Below are positions 1-10,556 of a DNA stretch of 64,000 bases, in pieces. The notes below the pieces were generated by a model. The model saw nothing but the letters and a program-made list of their open reading frames with translations, ran no database searches and was not told where the DNA came from. The number at the start of each line of letters is the position of its first letter. The first letter of the stretch is position 1. Origin of the DNA: Gloeobacterales cyanobacterium (GTDB lineage Bacteria; Cyanobacteriota; Cyanobacteriia; Gloeobacterales; PMM-0068); NCBI GenBank assembly GCA_038245785.1, contig JBBRSB010000017.1, positions 28,302-92,301 of the forward strand, given 5' to 3'. The translations under genes were made by a program, and so were the position numbers.

Positions 1-399
1 GCATGCCCAAAGCGCCTCAAAATCTTGCAGCGTGAGTAGGTTTTCCTGCTCCTCGAAGTCCCGTGTGATGATCAGCAGATGGTAGTTCGCCACGTTGTAT
101 TTATTGAGAAGACAGAGGTGGGTTTTGGAAATGTCAGCAACGAAGAGGTCTTCTTCGTAGGGCAGAAAGGGATTGATTTTCTTGCCAGAAGCTTTAGCGG
201 CTTTTTTTGCTTCACGCTTAAGGTTGAGATTGGCCAAGGTGCGAACCAGGAAATGGACCCCCCCTTGCTCTACAAACGTATGCTCCGTCGGTAACGACAG
301 CAGGGCTCCACACGCCAGCGCATGACGGGTTTGCTCTATGACTCTTGGCCATAAAGTGCCCGGTTTCAGCAAGAGCGTCTTCTCTTCAGTCATGGCCAT
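1..399 (-). CDS. ATP adenylyltransferase / Ap4A phosphorylase family protein, partial (runs off the window start; not in the ORF track)
   Basis: Manual translation: MAMTEEKTLLLKPGTLWPRVIEQTRHALACGALLSLPT...NPFLPYEEDLFVADISKTHLCLLNKYNVANYHLLIITRDFEEQE, with the family's NPFLPYE/LLNK/HLLI motifs. Confidence 0.85.
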   Translation of the reverse strand, partial: MAMTEEKTLLLKPGTLWPRVIEQTRHALACGALLSLPTEHTFVEQGGVHFLVRTLANLNLKREAKKAAKASGKKINPFLPYEEDLFVADISKTHLCLLNKYNVANYHLLIITRDFEEQENLLTLQDFEALWAC

Positions 400-505
400 A
401 CGTCAAGATAGTTTGGAATCCTTAGTCTACCGATTTAAGCCTCCCAAATCTTTGGCATGGACTACGTTGTCTTATAGGCAAGGCTGAAGGCCCAGACCTA
501 TCTAA

Positions 506-537
506 TTCACCAATTTTTCACCCGCTCCACGTAGCAT
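506..537 (+). promoter_or_regulatory. Candidate OmpR-family tandem box (TTCAC-N6-TTCAC) plus -10 TAGCAT
   Basis: TTCAC at 506 and 517, TAGCAT 10 nt after the second repeat; similar geometry at 7926, 10492 and 18068. Confidence 0.5.
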
Positions 538-540
538 GAA

Positions 541-1881
541 TTGATGCGTTCAGGTGAAGAGCCATTGCTGTCAAACGTCCGTCCCTCTGGTTTGGCTATT
601 CTCCTGGCGGCCTATCTGCTTATTGCTCCCACACCTGTCTTAGCCCAGAACGCCTCAGTGCCGTTGTTGAATCTGCGATTGGAAGAGGCGATGCGCCAAG
701 CTGAGGCCAACAATCCGCAGTTACTGGCTGCCCGCCGTAACCTTGTTGTTGCCGAGTCGGGTACAGTCACAGCTGCCGTTGGTCCTAATCCTCGTTTAGC
801 CCTAGACGTGCCCATCGGTCTGGCGGAAACCAAGCGCACCCTGAGTCTGGAGCAACCAATTGAACTGGGAGGAAAGCGTCAGGCTCGTCTCGACTTAGCG
901 AATGACCAGACTCAGGTGGCTCAGGTACAGCTTGAGCAGTTGCGGTGGCAGGTGCGTTCCGATGTGCGGCAAGCATACGTGGAACTAGCCATTGCTCAGG
1001 CTGCTCAAAAACAGACAGAAAACACGGTCAACTTAGCCCAACAACTGGTTGAGATTGCCCGTAAACGTCTGAAAGCTGGAGACGTGGCCGAGGCAGAGCT
1101 TATCCAAACACGCTTTGTACTGGAACGTGCGCGTCAACGCCTCGAACCGACGACCAATCGGGTCCGGCAGTCCATGATCAAGCTGGATGCCTTATCGGGC
1201 CAGCCAACAGAAACGCTGATCGAGCCTGTAGACGCACAAGTATTCAATCTAGCGGTTGAAGCAAAGCAAATGACACCTAAAACCTTACTGTTGCTACCAG
1301 AACTTACCACGCTACAGAAAATAGCCCAGCAGCGCAGACTGGATTTGACCCTTGCCCAACAGCAGCAGAGGATCAGCAATGATCAGATAGCCTTAGCCCG
1401 TTCTGCTCAAGTTCCAGATGTTGCCCTGGCTGGCGCTTTCATCTGGGATCCTGCTACCGAGACAACCGCAGCGCTCTTAGGTATCCGCATAGAGCTACCG
1501 ATTTTCAATAATCGTCAAGGTGAGGTGAATCAGGCTCTGGCCAATCAATCCCTGGCAGCAGCTCAGCGATTGGTGCTTGAGCGTCAGGTAGAGAAGGAAG
1601 TGGCGGCGGCCTATCAGGATGTGCGTAGTACAGAGCGACTCTTGCAGCAGGACCGCACGGTGCTCTTACCTCAGTCCGAGCAGGTGCTAGATCTCGCCCG
1701 CAAGAGCTACCAGTTTGGTCAAACCGGACTGACCGATGTCTTGGTTGCTCAGCAGTCCGTTCAAGACCAGCGCGATGCTTACTACAACGATGTTCTTGCT
1801 TATCAGACCGCTCTGGGCACCTTAGAACGTGCCGTCAATCAGCCCCTTACCGGAAAGCCCGATGTCCCCGCCACTCCTTAA
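541..1881 (+). CDS. TolC/CzcC-family outer membrane efflux protein
   Basis: Signal peptide, LEQPIELGGKRQARL and IELPIFNNRQG motifs, first gene of an RND triad. Confidence 0.9.
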   Translation: MMRSGEEPLLSNVRPSGLAILLAAYLLIAPTPVLAQNASVPLLNLRLEEAMRQAEANNPQLLAARRNLVVAESGTVTAAVGPNPRLALDVPIGLAETKRTLSLEQPIELGGKRQARLDLANDQTQVAQVQLEQLRWQVRSDVRQAYVELAIAQAAQKQTENTVNLAQQLVEIARKRLKAGDVAEAELIQTRFVLERARQRLEPTTNRVRQSMIKLDALSGQPTETLIEPVDAQVFNLAVEAKQMTPKTLLLLPELTTLQKIAQQRRLDLTLAQQQQRISNDQIALARSAQVPDVALAGAFIWDPATETTAALLGIRIELPIFNNRQGEVNQALANQSLAAAQRLVLERQVEKEVAAAYQDVRSTERLLQQDRTVLLPQSEQVLDLARKSYQFGQTGLTDVLVAQQSVQDQRDAYYNDVLAYQTALGTLERAVNQPLTGKPDVPATP

Positions 1882-2998
1882 ATTATCCACGGGTTGCTGG
1901 GTACTGGTTTTGCTGGCAGGCTGCCAGAGTGCCAAGCCGGCGGAGGACCCTGCCCCACCCCCTGTCGTCCGTTTACCTATCACTCGCGTACAGCGGCAAG
2001 ACCTTTCGAGCATTGCTCGTCTGACCGGAACGGTGAATGCTCTGCCGGACCATTCGGTCAAGGTAAGCCCCGCTGTGGCCGGGAAACTAACTGCGGTTCT
2101 CGTTGTGCCCGGTCAGCGCATTACCCGTGGACAGCTTATAGCGCGCCTTAATAATCGTCAGTCCACAGGCCAGCTCGCCCAGACGAATGCAGCTCTGCAG
2201 TTCACTACTATCGGAGTTGCTCAAGCACAGACAAATCTGCAGCTCGCCCGCGATACCCTGGATCGGGTACAGATGCTGTACAACGAGAAAATTGCTCCGC
2301 AGAAAGATTTGATTGCGGCCCAGAGTCAACTCGCTACCAGTAAAGAGCAACTGCAGGCTGCCAAGTCTCAGGTTGCCCAAGCCCAGGCAACCCGCTCTCA
2401 ATCAGTGGCGCAGCTAGGATTTGCGGAAGTGCGTAGTCCTATCTCAGGCGTAGTGGCCCGTCGCTTGCTCAATATCGGCGATACTACTGACCCTGCGACA
2501 CCGATTGTGCAGGTGGTGGATCTCGCCACTGTCATCATCAATGCCAGCCAGCCAGCCGATTCACCCGTCCAGATCCAGGTCGGGCAAAAAGGGTATATCC
2601 AGGGTCCATCTCAAGGCGGACCGGATCTAGTGGGAACCGTCACTGCTGTTAGTCCGATCGTCGATCCCCAAAGCAATACGCTCTCTATCCAGCTCCGTTG
2701 CCCAAATCCAAAAGGACAGCTCAAAGAGGGACAATCGGTTGCAGTCCAAGTGACAACCAGTGTTCATAGAGCCGCGCTCACAGTTCCTAAGACAGCTCTA
2801 GTCCCCGATCCAGATCAGCCTAACGCTCGCTTGGTGTACAAGCTTCAGGGCGGAAAGATTACGCGGGTTCCGGTACGCACAGGGCTTGAAGAGCGAGGGC
2901 GAATTGAGATCCTAAACGGTCTTTCCGCAGGCGAAATGATTGCCGCTAGTGGAGCCTACGGCCTACCGGATGGTACGGCAGTGGAGGCTCTACCATGA
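1829..2998 (+). CDS. RND efflux periplasmic adaptor (MFP) subunit; start may be 1862
   Basis: Lipobox LAGC, coiled-coil hairpin, RSPISGVV motif. Confidence 0.9.
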   Translation: MPSISPLPESPMSPPLLKLSTGCWVLVLLAGCQSAKPAEDPAPPPVVRLPITRVQRQDLSSIARLTGTVNALPDHSVKVSPAVAGKLTAVLVVPGQRITRGQLIARLNNRQSTGQLAQTNAALQFTTIGVAQAQTNLQLARDTLDRVQMLYNEKIAPQKDLIAAQSQLATSKEQLQAAKSQVAQAQATRSQSVAQLGFAEVRSPISGVVARRLLNIGDTTDPATPIVQVVDLATVIINASQPADSPVQIQVGQKGYIQGPSQGGPDLVGTVTAVSPIVDPQSNTLSIQLRCPNPKGQLKEGQSVAVQVTTSVHRAALTVPKTALVPDPDQPNARLVYKLQGGKITRVPVRTGLEERGRIEILNGLSAGEMIAASGAYGLPDGTAVEALP

Positions 2999-5900
2999 TT
3001 CGTTTTACCAAACTCCTGCAATCACAGGCTCGGGCCATCTATTTAGTCTTCGCCCTCGTTGCCGTTGGTGGTTTGCTGGCCTACTTGAACTTGCCTTCAG
3101 ACGTCTACCCAGAACTGTCCTTCCCCCGCATTGCCGTGATTGCTGAAGTGGGAGACACTTCTCCAGAGCGGGTGGTAGTTACAGTGACACGACCCCTGGA
3201 GGAAGCGGTCGGCCAGGTTTATCGGGTGCGCTGGGTCCGATCAAAGACGATTCGCGGCTCGACGGAACTTTCGATTGAGTTCCAACCCGGTACGGACATG
3301 CAGTCGGCCTTGCAGCAACTGCAAACACGCATTGCTGAAGTGCGCTCCAATTTACCTCCAAACGTTAACCTAACCGTTGAGCGGATTACCCCGGCTATTT
3401 TTCCAGTTCTCGGCTATAACGTCAGTGCCCCAGCGCTCACGCAAGCAGACCTCTATACGATTGCCCGCTATCAAATCCAGCCACGCCTGACACGGGTGCC
3501 GGGCGTGGCCCGTGTGCAAATTCAAGGGGGAGATATTCCCCAAGTCGCGATCGAAATCGATCCAGCCAAACTCAAAAGCTATGGTCTGAGCCTGACCCAA
3601 ATCGCTGATGCGCTGACCCGCACTAATCAAATTCAGGTGGTGGGCAAACTCGACGAACGCTATCAACAAAATTTGGTAGTAGCGACCAACGAAGCCGCTG
3701 AGCCTTCCCAGCTTGGGGGCATTGTCGTAGCTACTCGCGCAGGCGGAGTTCCTATCTTCCTCCGAGACTTAGGACGTATTCAGTCAGGAGCTGCTGACCG
3801 AACCCGCCTTGTCAGCGTGGATGGTAAGCCGGGTCTAACCCTGAATATCTTTCGTCAACCGAACAGCAACGTGGTCGATGTCTCTACAGGAGTACAGACA
3901 GAACTGGCGGAGATCAAGAAAAGCTTGCCGCCTGGGGTGGTGATCAAGCCCGCTTATAACGAATCGGGTCTGGTGGTCGATGCCATTGCCAATGTGCGCG
4001 ATGCCATCGGCATTGGGATTGTACTAATTATTATCGTCCTCTACTTTTTCCTGCGCGAGTGGCGTAGCACCGTCATTGCCGCTCTAACTATTCCTTTATC
4101 TGCCTTGGCCGCCTTCGCTGTGCTCTATCTCGTTGGTCAGAGCCTGAATTTAATGTCTTTGGGAGGGCTAGCCGTCGCCATTGGCCTCGTGATTGATGAT
4201 GCCATCGTTGTCATCGAGAACATCGACCGACAGATGCAAGGTGGGCTTAACCCATCAGCAGCGGTGGCAGCAGCAGCCACAGAACTGGCTGGACCCGTCA
4301 CCAGTTCTACAATAACGACGGTGGTGGTATTTCTTCCTCTAGGACTCCTATCAGGCGTGGCGGGGCAGTTCTTTATCAGCCTAACCCTCACGCTTTCAGC
4401 TGCTGTCATTTTCTCGCTATTGCTTGCCCTCAGCTTAACACCCCTCCTTTCGGCTCGCTGGCTGCGCAATGAGCAGCTCGCAACAGAGTCTGCGGATCTG
4501 ACACGGCTGGACAGTGCTTATACGAGCGTGCTGGGCAAAGTGCTCAACCAACCCTTGCTAGTCGCGCTTGTCTCCCTGATACTCCTGCTTGGGGGCAGTT
4601 TACTCTTCAGTCAATTGGGGTCAGATTTTTTACCCGCTGTCGATGAAGGTAGCTATATCCTGGACTACCTGACTCCGCCGGGAACTGCTCTTGCAGAGAC
4701 AGATATCTTGGCCCACAGGCTTGAAAATATCCTCGCTAAAACGCCTGAAGTGGTGGCTTGGACCCGACGCACGGGGGCAGAAAATGGTCTGTTTGCCACT
4801 GAACCGAACAAAGGCGATATCCTTGTGGTCCTGAAACCTGCAAGTGAGCGGAAGCGCAGTGTTTCGGACATCATCGAAGAGCAGCGTCAGCAAATTGCGC
4901 AGCAGTTACCTCAAGTGGAAAGTGATTTTCACCAGATTCTGCAGGACGAACTCAATGATCTCTCTGGAACCGCTAGCCCAATTGAAGTGAGACTGTTTGG
5001 CGAAGACCCGATTATTCTGCGCAAGCTGGCTGCCCAAGCGGAGGAGAAGATCAAGGACACGCCAGGGTTAGTAGATCTCGTCACTACAGGCAGAGTCGGT
5101 GCCCCGCAGATCGATATCCAGGTGGACTCCCAGCAAGCCGGGCGCATCGGCCTCACGGCGGCAGAGGTGACGACGCAGGTGCAGAATTCCCTTTTAGGAG
5201 GAATCGCTACTCAATTACGGCAGGCGGATCGGTTGATCGATGTGCGCGTCCGCTTGCTGGATTCGGTACGGCGCGACCCCCAACAGCTGGCTCAGGTGCC
5301 AATCATTGGCTCAAATGGTCAGGTGCTTCCCCTCTCAGCCCTTGCGTCTCTTAAATCAAACGCAGGTGAAGGCGAGATCTCCCGTGAAAATCAACAGCGA
5401 TACGTATCACTCAAGGCCAACCTGGAAGGCCGTGACCTGGGCTCAGCAGTGCAAGAGGTGCGAGGAAAACTGGCTGGACTAAAGCTGCCCGCAGGCTACA
5501 CCCTTGTCCTCGGCGGCCTTTACGCCAGCCAGCAGGAGACCTTTGGCCAACTGCTCGCCGTTCTAGTACTGGCGATTGTGCTGGTCTATCTCGTCTTAGT
5601 GGTGCAATTTCGTTCCTTCAGCCAGCCTCTGGCTATCTTCACGGCGATTCCCCTAGCTCTGTTTGGAGTGGTGGTCGCTCTCTGGATTACCCACACTCCG
5701 ATCAACGTTTCTTCGTTTATGGGAATCATTCTGCTGATTGGTCTAGTGGTCAAAAACGGGATCATCTTACTGGAATATACCAATCGACTACGAGAAGAAG
5801 GTTTGTCCCTAGATGAAGCTTTGATTGAAGCAGGGCGGGTACGACTGCGACCAATTCTGATGACCACTTTGTGCACCATCCTTGGTCTACTGCCGCTGGC

Positions 5901-6057
5901 GTTGGGTCTAGGGGCAGGGGCTGAACTGCAAAAACCGCTGGCCATTGCTGTCATCGGCGGTCTATCCCTCTCCACAATTTTTACCCTCATCTTCGTACCC
6001 GTTGTCTTTCGGGCCATCAATCAGGGAACCATTCGCAATCAAGAGGCCGTACCGTGA
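2995..6057 (+). CDS. RND efflux permease (AcrB/CusA-like)
   Basis: 1020 aa, GLVIDDAIVVIENI, VKNGIILLE, RLRPILMTT motifs. Confidence 0.95.
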   Translation: MIRFTKLLQSQARAIYLVFALVAVGGLLAYLNLPSDVYPELSFPRIAVIAEVGDTSPERVVVTVTRPLEEAVGQVYRVRWVRSKTIRGSTELSIEFQPGTDMQSALQQLQTRIAEVRSNLPPNVNLTVERITPAIFPVLGYNVSAPALTQADLYTIARYQIQPRLTRVPGVARVQIQGGDIPQVAIEIDPAKLKSYGLSLTQIADALTRTNQIQVVGKLDERYQQNLVVATNEAAEPSQLGGIVVATRAGGVPIFLRDLGRIQSGAADRTRLVSVDGKPGLTLNIFRQPNSNVVDVSTGVQTELAEIKKSLPPGVVIKPAYNESGLVVDAIANVRDAIGIGIVLIIIVLYFFLREWRSTVIAALTIPLSALAAFAVLYLVGQSLNLMSLGGLAVAIGLVIDDAIVVIENIDRQMQGGLNPSAAVAAAATELAGPVTSSTITTVVVFLPLGLLSGVAGQFFISLTLTLSAAVIFSLLLALSLTPLLSARWLRNEQLATESADLTRLDSAYTSVLGKVLNQPLLVALVSLILLLGGSLLFSQLGSDFLPAVDEGSYILDYLTPPGTALAETDILAHRLENILAKTPEVVAWTRRTGAENGLFATEPNKGDILVVLKPASERKRSVSDIIEEQRQQIAQQLPQVESDFHQILQDELNDLSGTASPIEVRLFGEDPIILRKLAAQAEEKIKDTPGLVDLVTTGRVGAPQIDIQVDSQQAGRIGLTAAEVTTQVQNSLLGGIATQLRQADRLIDVRVRLLDSVRRDPQQLAQVPIIGSNGQVLPLSALASLKSNAGEGEISRENQQRYVSLKANLEGRDLGSAVQEVRGKLAGLKLPAGYTLVLGGLYASQQETFGQLLAVLVLAIVLVYLVLVVQFRSFSQPLAIFTAIPLALFGVVVALWITHTPINVSSFMGIILLIGLVVKNGIILLEYTNRLREEGLSLDEALIEAGRVRLRPILMTTLCTILGLLPLALGLGAGAELQKPLAIAVIGGLSLSTIFTLIFVPVVFRAINQGTIRNQEAVP

Positions 6058-6091
6058 TAGGGCGGAGATAAGTAATTGCGGAGATTAGACT

Positions 6092-7777
6092 TTGACGAGC
6101 GTACCATCCACCTCAAAGCGCACGCACCTTAGCCTCTGGGTCACTTTTTTTCTGATAGCGAGTGTAGGTATTGTCGATCTTTTGTCCGCCGTTACCCCCA
6201 GCCTGCCAGAAAGAGTTCGGTGGCTTGCAAAGTTTTTTCCTATAGAGCTAAGGAGTTCAGGGCATCTATTTTCTGCGCTTATTGGATTTTTCCTGCTGAC
6301 CTTGGCAACCAGCTTATTGCGGCGAAAGCGTTCGGCCTGGCTGCTGACGATTGCGCTCCTCATTGCTTCCATTTTTTCTCATTTGATTAAGGGACTGGAC
6401 TATGAGGAAAGTTTTTTGACCTTGGGACTACTGATTCAGCTCATTCTGACGCGCAAAGCGTTCACGGCCAAGTCAGATCGACCTTCTATGGCTCAAGGCG
6501 TGCGCGTCCTCATCGGAGCTTTAGTGTTCACTTTGGCCTATGGCACGGCGGGCTTCTTTCTGCTGGACCGAGCCTACAAGGTCAATTTTGATCTGCCAGG
6601 AGCCATTTTTCAGACCCTGTCCATGTTTTTTACCGAGGACAATGCAGGGCTACAACCACAGACAAGATTCGGACGCTTCTTTGCGAATTCTATTTACTTG
6701 GTCGGTGGAGTTACCTTGGCCTATGCATTGCTGATGCTCCTGCGGCCCGTTCTGCTCCGTGGAGAACCAGCCCTTTCAGCCGAGCGACAAAGGGCCAAGA
6801 AGATTGTTGAAAAGTATGGGTGTTCCTCTTTAGCAAGATTCACGTTGCTGGATGACAAAGCCTATTACTTCAGTCCATCAGGAGAGAGTTTTATCGCCTA
6901 TGTTCCCAAAGGTCGGGGAGCTATTGCGCTAGGTGATCCGATTGGTCCCATCGCAGACTATCCTCAGGCCATTATTGGTTTTCAGCAGCGCTGTGAACGC
7001 AATGATTGGTATCCGGCTTTTTATCAGACTCAGCCTGCTTATTTGGACTTATATCAATCGCTTGGTTTTCGAGTATTGCACATTGGTGAAGAAGGCATTG
7101 TAGACCTGAGAGCCTTCTCGTTGAAGGGCAAAGCTGGGCAAAATCTAAGAACGACGATGAATCGGTTTGCAAAGTTGCAGTATCAGGTCAAGTTTTATCA
7201 GCCACCGATTGATTCTTCTTTACTCCAGCAACTCCGTAGCGTCAGTGATGAATGGCTTTATATGATGCATGGCTCTGAGAAGAAGTTTTCTCTGGGCTGG
7301 TTTGACGAGGACTATCTTAAATCGTGTGAGATCGCTGTCGTTGAGACCTCCTCTGGTGAGATCAGTGCCTTTGCTAATCTAGTGAGCGGCTATCAGGCAA
7401 AGATGATCACGGTTGATTTGATGCGGCAACGAACTGAAGTTGAGCCAGGCACGATGGACTTTTTGTTTATTTCGATGTTTGAGAAGTTTAAAGCAGAAGG
7501 CTATGAAGGATTTAACCTCGGCCTGTCCGCACTCTCAGGAGTGGGTAATACGGATGATTCTCCCCAGCTAGAGAAGGTCGTTAGCTATCTCTATGAGCAC
7601 CTCAATCAGTTCTATAACTTTAAGGGCGTACACCAGTACAAAGAGAAATTTTACCCACAGTGGGAACCCCGCTATTTGATCTATCCCAATTTGACTACGC
7701 TCCCCGATGTTATTTTTGCCCTTGTTAGAGCAGACTCCGGCGATCGCCTTCTGGATTACTTAAAACCAGGTGCTTAA
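6092..7777 (+). CDS. MprF-like phosphatidylglycerol aminoacyl(lysyl)transferase domain protein (DUF2156)
   Basis: N-terminal TM helices, GDPIGP, EKKFSLGWF, VDLMR, YKEKF.P.WEPRYL motifs. Confidence 0.85.
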   Translation: MTSVPSTSKRTHLSLWVTFFLIASVGIVDLLSAVTPSLPERVRWLAKFFPIELRSSGHLFSALIGFFLLTLATSLLRRKRSAWLLTIALLIASIFSHLIKGLDYEESFLTLGLLIQLILTRKAFTAKSDRPSMAQGVRVLIGALVFTLAYGTAGFFLLDRAYKVNFDLPGAIFQTLSMFFTEDNAGLQPQTRFGRFFANSIYLVGGVTLAYALLMLLRPVLLRGEPALSAERQRAKKIVEKYGCSSLARFTLLDDKAYYFSPSGESFIAYVPKGRGAIALGDPIGPIADYPQAIIGFQQRCERNDWYPAFYQTQPAYLDLYQSLGFRVLHIGEEGIVDLRAFSLKGKAGQNLRTTMNRFAKLQYQVKFYQPPIDSSLLQQLRSVSDEWLYMMHGSEKKFSLGWFDEDYLKSCEIAVVETSSGEISAFANLVSGYQAKMITVDLMRQRTEVEPGTMDFLFISMFEKFKAEGYEGFNLGLSALSGVGNTDDSPQLEKVVSYLYEHLNQFYNFKGVHQYKEKFYPQWEPRYLIYPNLTTLPDVIFALVRADSGDRLLDYLKPGA

Positions 7778-7803
7778 TTAGACTTCTTGCCCGATCCCGG
7801 ACG

Positions 7804-7891
7804 CCCCCTAAATCCCCCATAGCGAAGCTTCTCGGAGAGTATTCTGGGGGACTTTGAAGTCAGAACCCCCTAAAGTTGGGGGGCAGGGGGG
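7804..7891. repeat. Cyanobacterial REP-like palindrome carrying a nested ~22-bp short dispersed repeat
   Basis: CCCCCTAAATCCCCCA..TTCTGGGGGACTT interrupted by TAGCGAAGCTTCTCGGAGAGTA (7820-7841). Confidence 0.6.
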
Positions 7892-8031
7892 CTTCCGATA
7901 TTCATGCAGGAGCTTAGTTGCTTTCTTCACCAAAATCGCACTAGTACTATCTATTCTTTATCTAGGTAGAGTTCGCTCATCGAAAAGGACTCTTACTCAA
8001 AAAACTCCAAACATTACGAAGGACTTTAACC

Positions 8032-8376
8032 ATGTTGGCCTTTAACCGAAAACTTCTCACGCTTAGTATGTTCAGTCTTCTTGGACTAGCAGGCATGATT
8101 CCTATCTTCGTTCAGGCCGCTCCGCTAAAAAGCAGCATCCAGATTCCCTACCAAAAAGTTGCAGAGAGTAAAGAAGAAATTAACACGCCTCGTCTCAAAA
8201 AGCTCGCTAAAATATCTAAAGCTGAGGCTATTCAAATTGCTCGTAAGCAATACCAAGGCAAGCTTGGCGCTGTAGATCTTGAGAATGAAGATGGCAATCT
8301 TATCTATTCTGTAGAGATAGGGAAGAAAGAGTTAGCTATTGATGCAGGTAATGGCAAGATTTTACAGGTGGAATGA
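8032..8376 (+). CDS. PepSY-domain secreted protein
   Basis: Signal peptide; AKISKAEAIQIA...VDLENEDGNLIYSVEI...IDAGNGKIL. Confidence 0.85.
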   Translation: MLAFNRKLLTLSMFSLLGLAGMIPIFVQAAPLKSSIQIPYQKVAESKEEINTPRLKKLAKISKAEAIQIARKQYQGKLGAVDLENEDGNLIYSVEIGKKELAIDAGNGKILQVE

Positions 8377-8501
8377 GGTTTGCCACGATTGAGTACAAAC
8401 TTCGGCGCTTAAGCACTGCTTTGTCATAACTAACCAGAAGTACACTTGTACACGTGAGTCTTTAGAACACATCTATTAGGCTATAGCCCTCAGGTTCTGT
8501 T

Positions 8502-9179
8502 ATGACGAAGATTCTTCTAGTTGAAGATGATGAGCGTATCGTCCGGCCCCTCAAACGGGAATTGGAGCGAGAGCACTACCTGATTGATGTGGCTAGCGAT
8601 GGCGAAGAGGGCTGGCATTACCTCAGCCTGCATGAATACGACTTGGTCATCCTAGATGTAATGCTGCCTAAGCTCGACGGTATGGGCTTATGTCGCCGTT
8701 TACGTCAGCACGTGATCGGTGTGCCCGTACTTATGCTCACGGCGCGCGATACTACCTCCGATAAAGTCCAGGGGCTGGATGCTGGAGCAGACGATTATCT
8801 AGTCAAACCCTTTGAAATCGAGGAACTGCATGCGCGCCTGCGTTCCCTCCTGCGTCGCCCAGATCCCAACCGTCAGCCTCTGCTGCAGCATGGGCTCATT
8901 TGCTTGAACCCGGCCAGTCAGAGCGTGACGGTTGAAAGCCGAAAGGTGGATCTAACGCCAAAGGAGTACCAGCTCCTGGAGTGCTTCCTGCGCCATCCTA
9001 CGCAGCTCTTCAACCGGGAACGCCTTATCGAACGACTATGGGGCTGGGACGAAAGTCCCGAAAGCAATGTGATCAAGGCTCATGTCAAAGGACTGCGCCG
9101 CAAACTAAAAGAGGCAGGGGCCTCTGACCCGATAGAGACCGTTTTTGGTTTTGGCTACCGTTTGAATAGCCATGTTTAG
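8502..9179 (+). CDS. OmpR-family response regulator
   Basis: ILLVEDD, LDVMLP, GADDYLVKPF, winged-helix IETVFGFGY. Confidence 0.95.
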   Translation: MTKILLVEDDERIVRPLKRELEREHYLIDVASDGEEGWHYLSLHEYDLVILDVMLPKLDGMGLCRRLRQHVIGVPVLMLTARDTTSDKVQGLDAGADDYLVKPFEIEELHARLRSLLRRPDPNRQPLLQHGLICLNPASQSVTVESRKVDLTPKEYQLLECFLRHPTQLFNRERLIERLWGWDESPESNVIKAHVKGLRRKLKEAGASDPIETVFGFGYRLNSHV

Positions 9180-10449
9180 CAACGTTGAGAGACGCTTGCT
9201 CTGGAACAACCTGGCCGTGCTGGGAGGGATTCTGCTGGTTTTTACCTTGGCTGTATACGCTCTTTTTGCCCAAAGTACCGCAGCTCAACTTGATGAGCGT
9301 CTAGTCTCGCTGGCTCGGGCTGTTTCCCTCTCCGTGGAGCGTGAAGACGGCGAATCTAAGTTTGATGAATCGATCTACCTGGGGAGTGGAAAAGAGCGGG
9401 TTGTCCTCGGAGAGACTGCTGTTGCACAGTGGCTGGATCTAAATGGTCGGGTTGTGCGCGCCCGTGGCCGCTTGCTCCTCAAAGCCGATCCCCTGCATCT
9501 TAATCTTCCCTTTAGCCAGAACACGCCCCAAAGAGCGAGGGTTTTTAGCCAATCCGTGCGCGATCCTGAAACAGGTAAACTGCTTGGATATGTTCGCGTG
9601 GCCCTTGCGCTCGCTCCTCTGGAAAATACGCTGAATCAACTGCGCTGGGGACTGGCGGGCGGTGTTGTCCTCGCCCTTTCTCTGGCCGCTTTGGGCAGCT
9701 TCTGGCTTACGCGCCAAGCCATGACTCCGGTAGAAGCAGGATACCAGCGACTCCAACAATTCACCGCCGATGCCTCCCACGAATTACGCAGCCCACTGAC
9801 GGCGATCAAGCTCAACACGGGCACTTTCTTGCGCCATCCTCAGCAGCTTAGTCTGGACGAAATTCAGGACAGCTTTTTGCAGATTCAAGAAGCTGCTGAC
9901 CAGATGATCCAATTGACCAACGACTTGTTATGGCTAGCCCGAGCGGATGAAGGGTCCGACCAGCAGACCAATCAAGCGCCTTTGTCCTTAGACAAGTTGC
10001 TGCTGGATCTAATCCAAGAGATGGAGATACTCGCTCAGAAAAAACAGATTGACCTCCGCTACCGAAACGAGGCGAGTGCAACGGTATTGGCTGACGTCCA
10101 TCAACTAAATCGTTTGTTTCGCAACTTGATTGAAAATGCCATCCAGTACACTGCCCCTAACGGTCAAGTCACAGTCCTTTTACAAAAACAAGAACAAATG
10201 GCTTTGGTCTCTGTTAGCGATACGGGAATTGGGATTGCACCAGAAAATATGGAGCGGGTTTTCGACCGCTTCTGGAGAGCAGACAAAGCCCGCTCTCGGC
10301 ATGGTGGGGGTGCTGGCTTGGGTCTAGCCATTGCGAAAAGCATCGCTCGTGTCCACGGTGGCGATATCTATGCCACCAGTCAAGAAAACGAAGGGAGTAG
10401 CTTTGTGGTCAAACTACCTTTGTGGAAAGTCAAAACAGATATGGCATGA
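9172..10449 (+). CDS. Membrane sensor histidine kinase (RppB/CopS-like)
   Basis: Two TM helices, FTADASHELRSP H-box, NLIENAI, DTGIGI, GAGLGLAI. Confidence 0.95.
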   Translation: MFSNVERRLLWNNLAVLGGILLVFTLAVYALFAQSTAAQLDERLVSLARAVSLSVEREDGESKFDESIYLGSGKERVVLGETAVAQWLDLNGRVVRARGRLLLKADPLHLNLPFSQNTPQRARVFSQSVRDPETGKLLGYVRVALALAPLENTLNQLRWGLAGGVVLALSLAALGSFWLTRQAMTPVEAGYQRLQQFTADASHELRSPLTAIKLNTGTFLRHPQQLSLDEIQDSFLQIQEAADQMIQLTNDLLWLARADEGSDQQTNQAPLSLDKLLLDLIQEMEILAQKKQIDLRYRNEASATVLADVHQLNRLFRNLIENAIQYTAPNGQVTVLLQKQEQMALVSVSDTGIGIAPENMERVFDRFWRADKARSRHGGGAGLGLAIAKSIARVHGGDIYATSQENEGSSFVVKLPLWKVKTDMA

Positions 10450-10556
10450 CCTAAAGAGTAAGTTGCGCCCTCTTTCAAATACTCACCAAGCTTTACCTTG
10501 CTTTTACCTTGGGGCACTAAGCTAAGCCAAAAACGCGTGAGACATCAGGCTTTCCA

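Noticed and set aside
79..294. 71-aa + strand ORF
   Set aside because: Antisense shadow of the Ap4A phosphorylase-family gene
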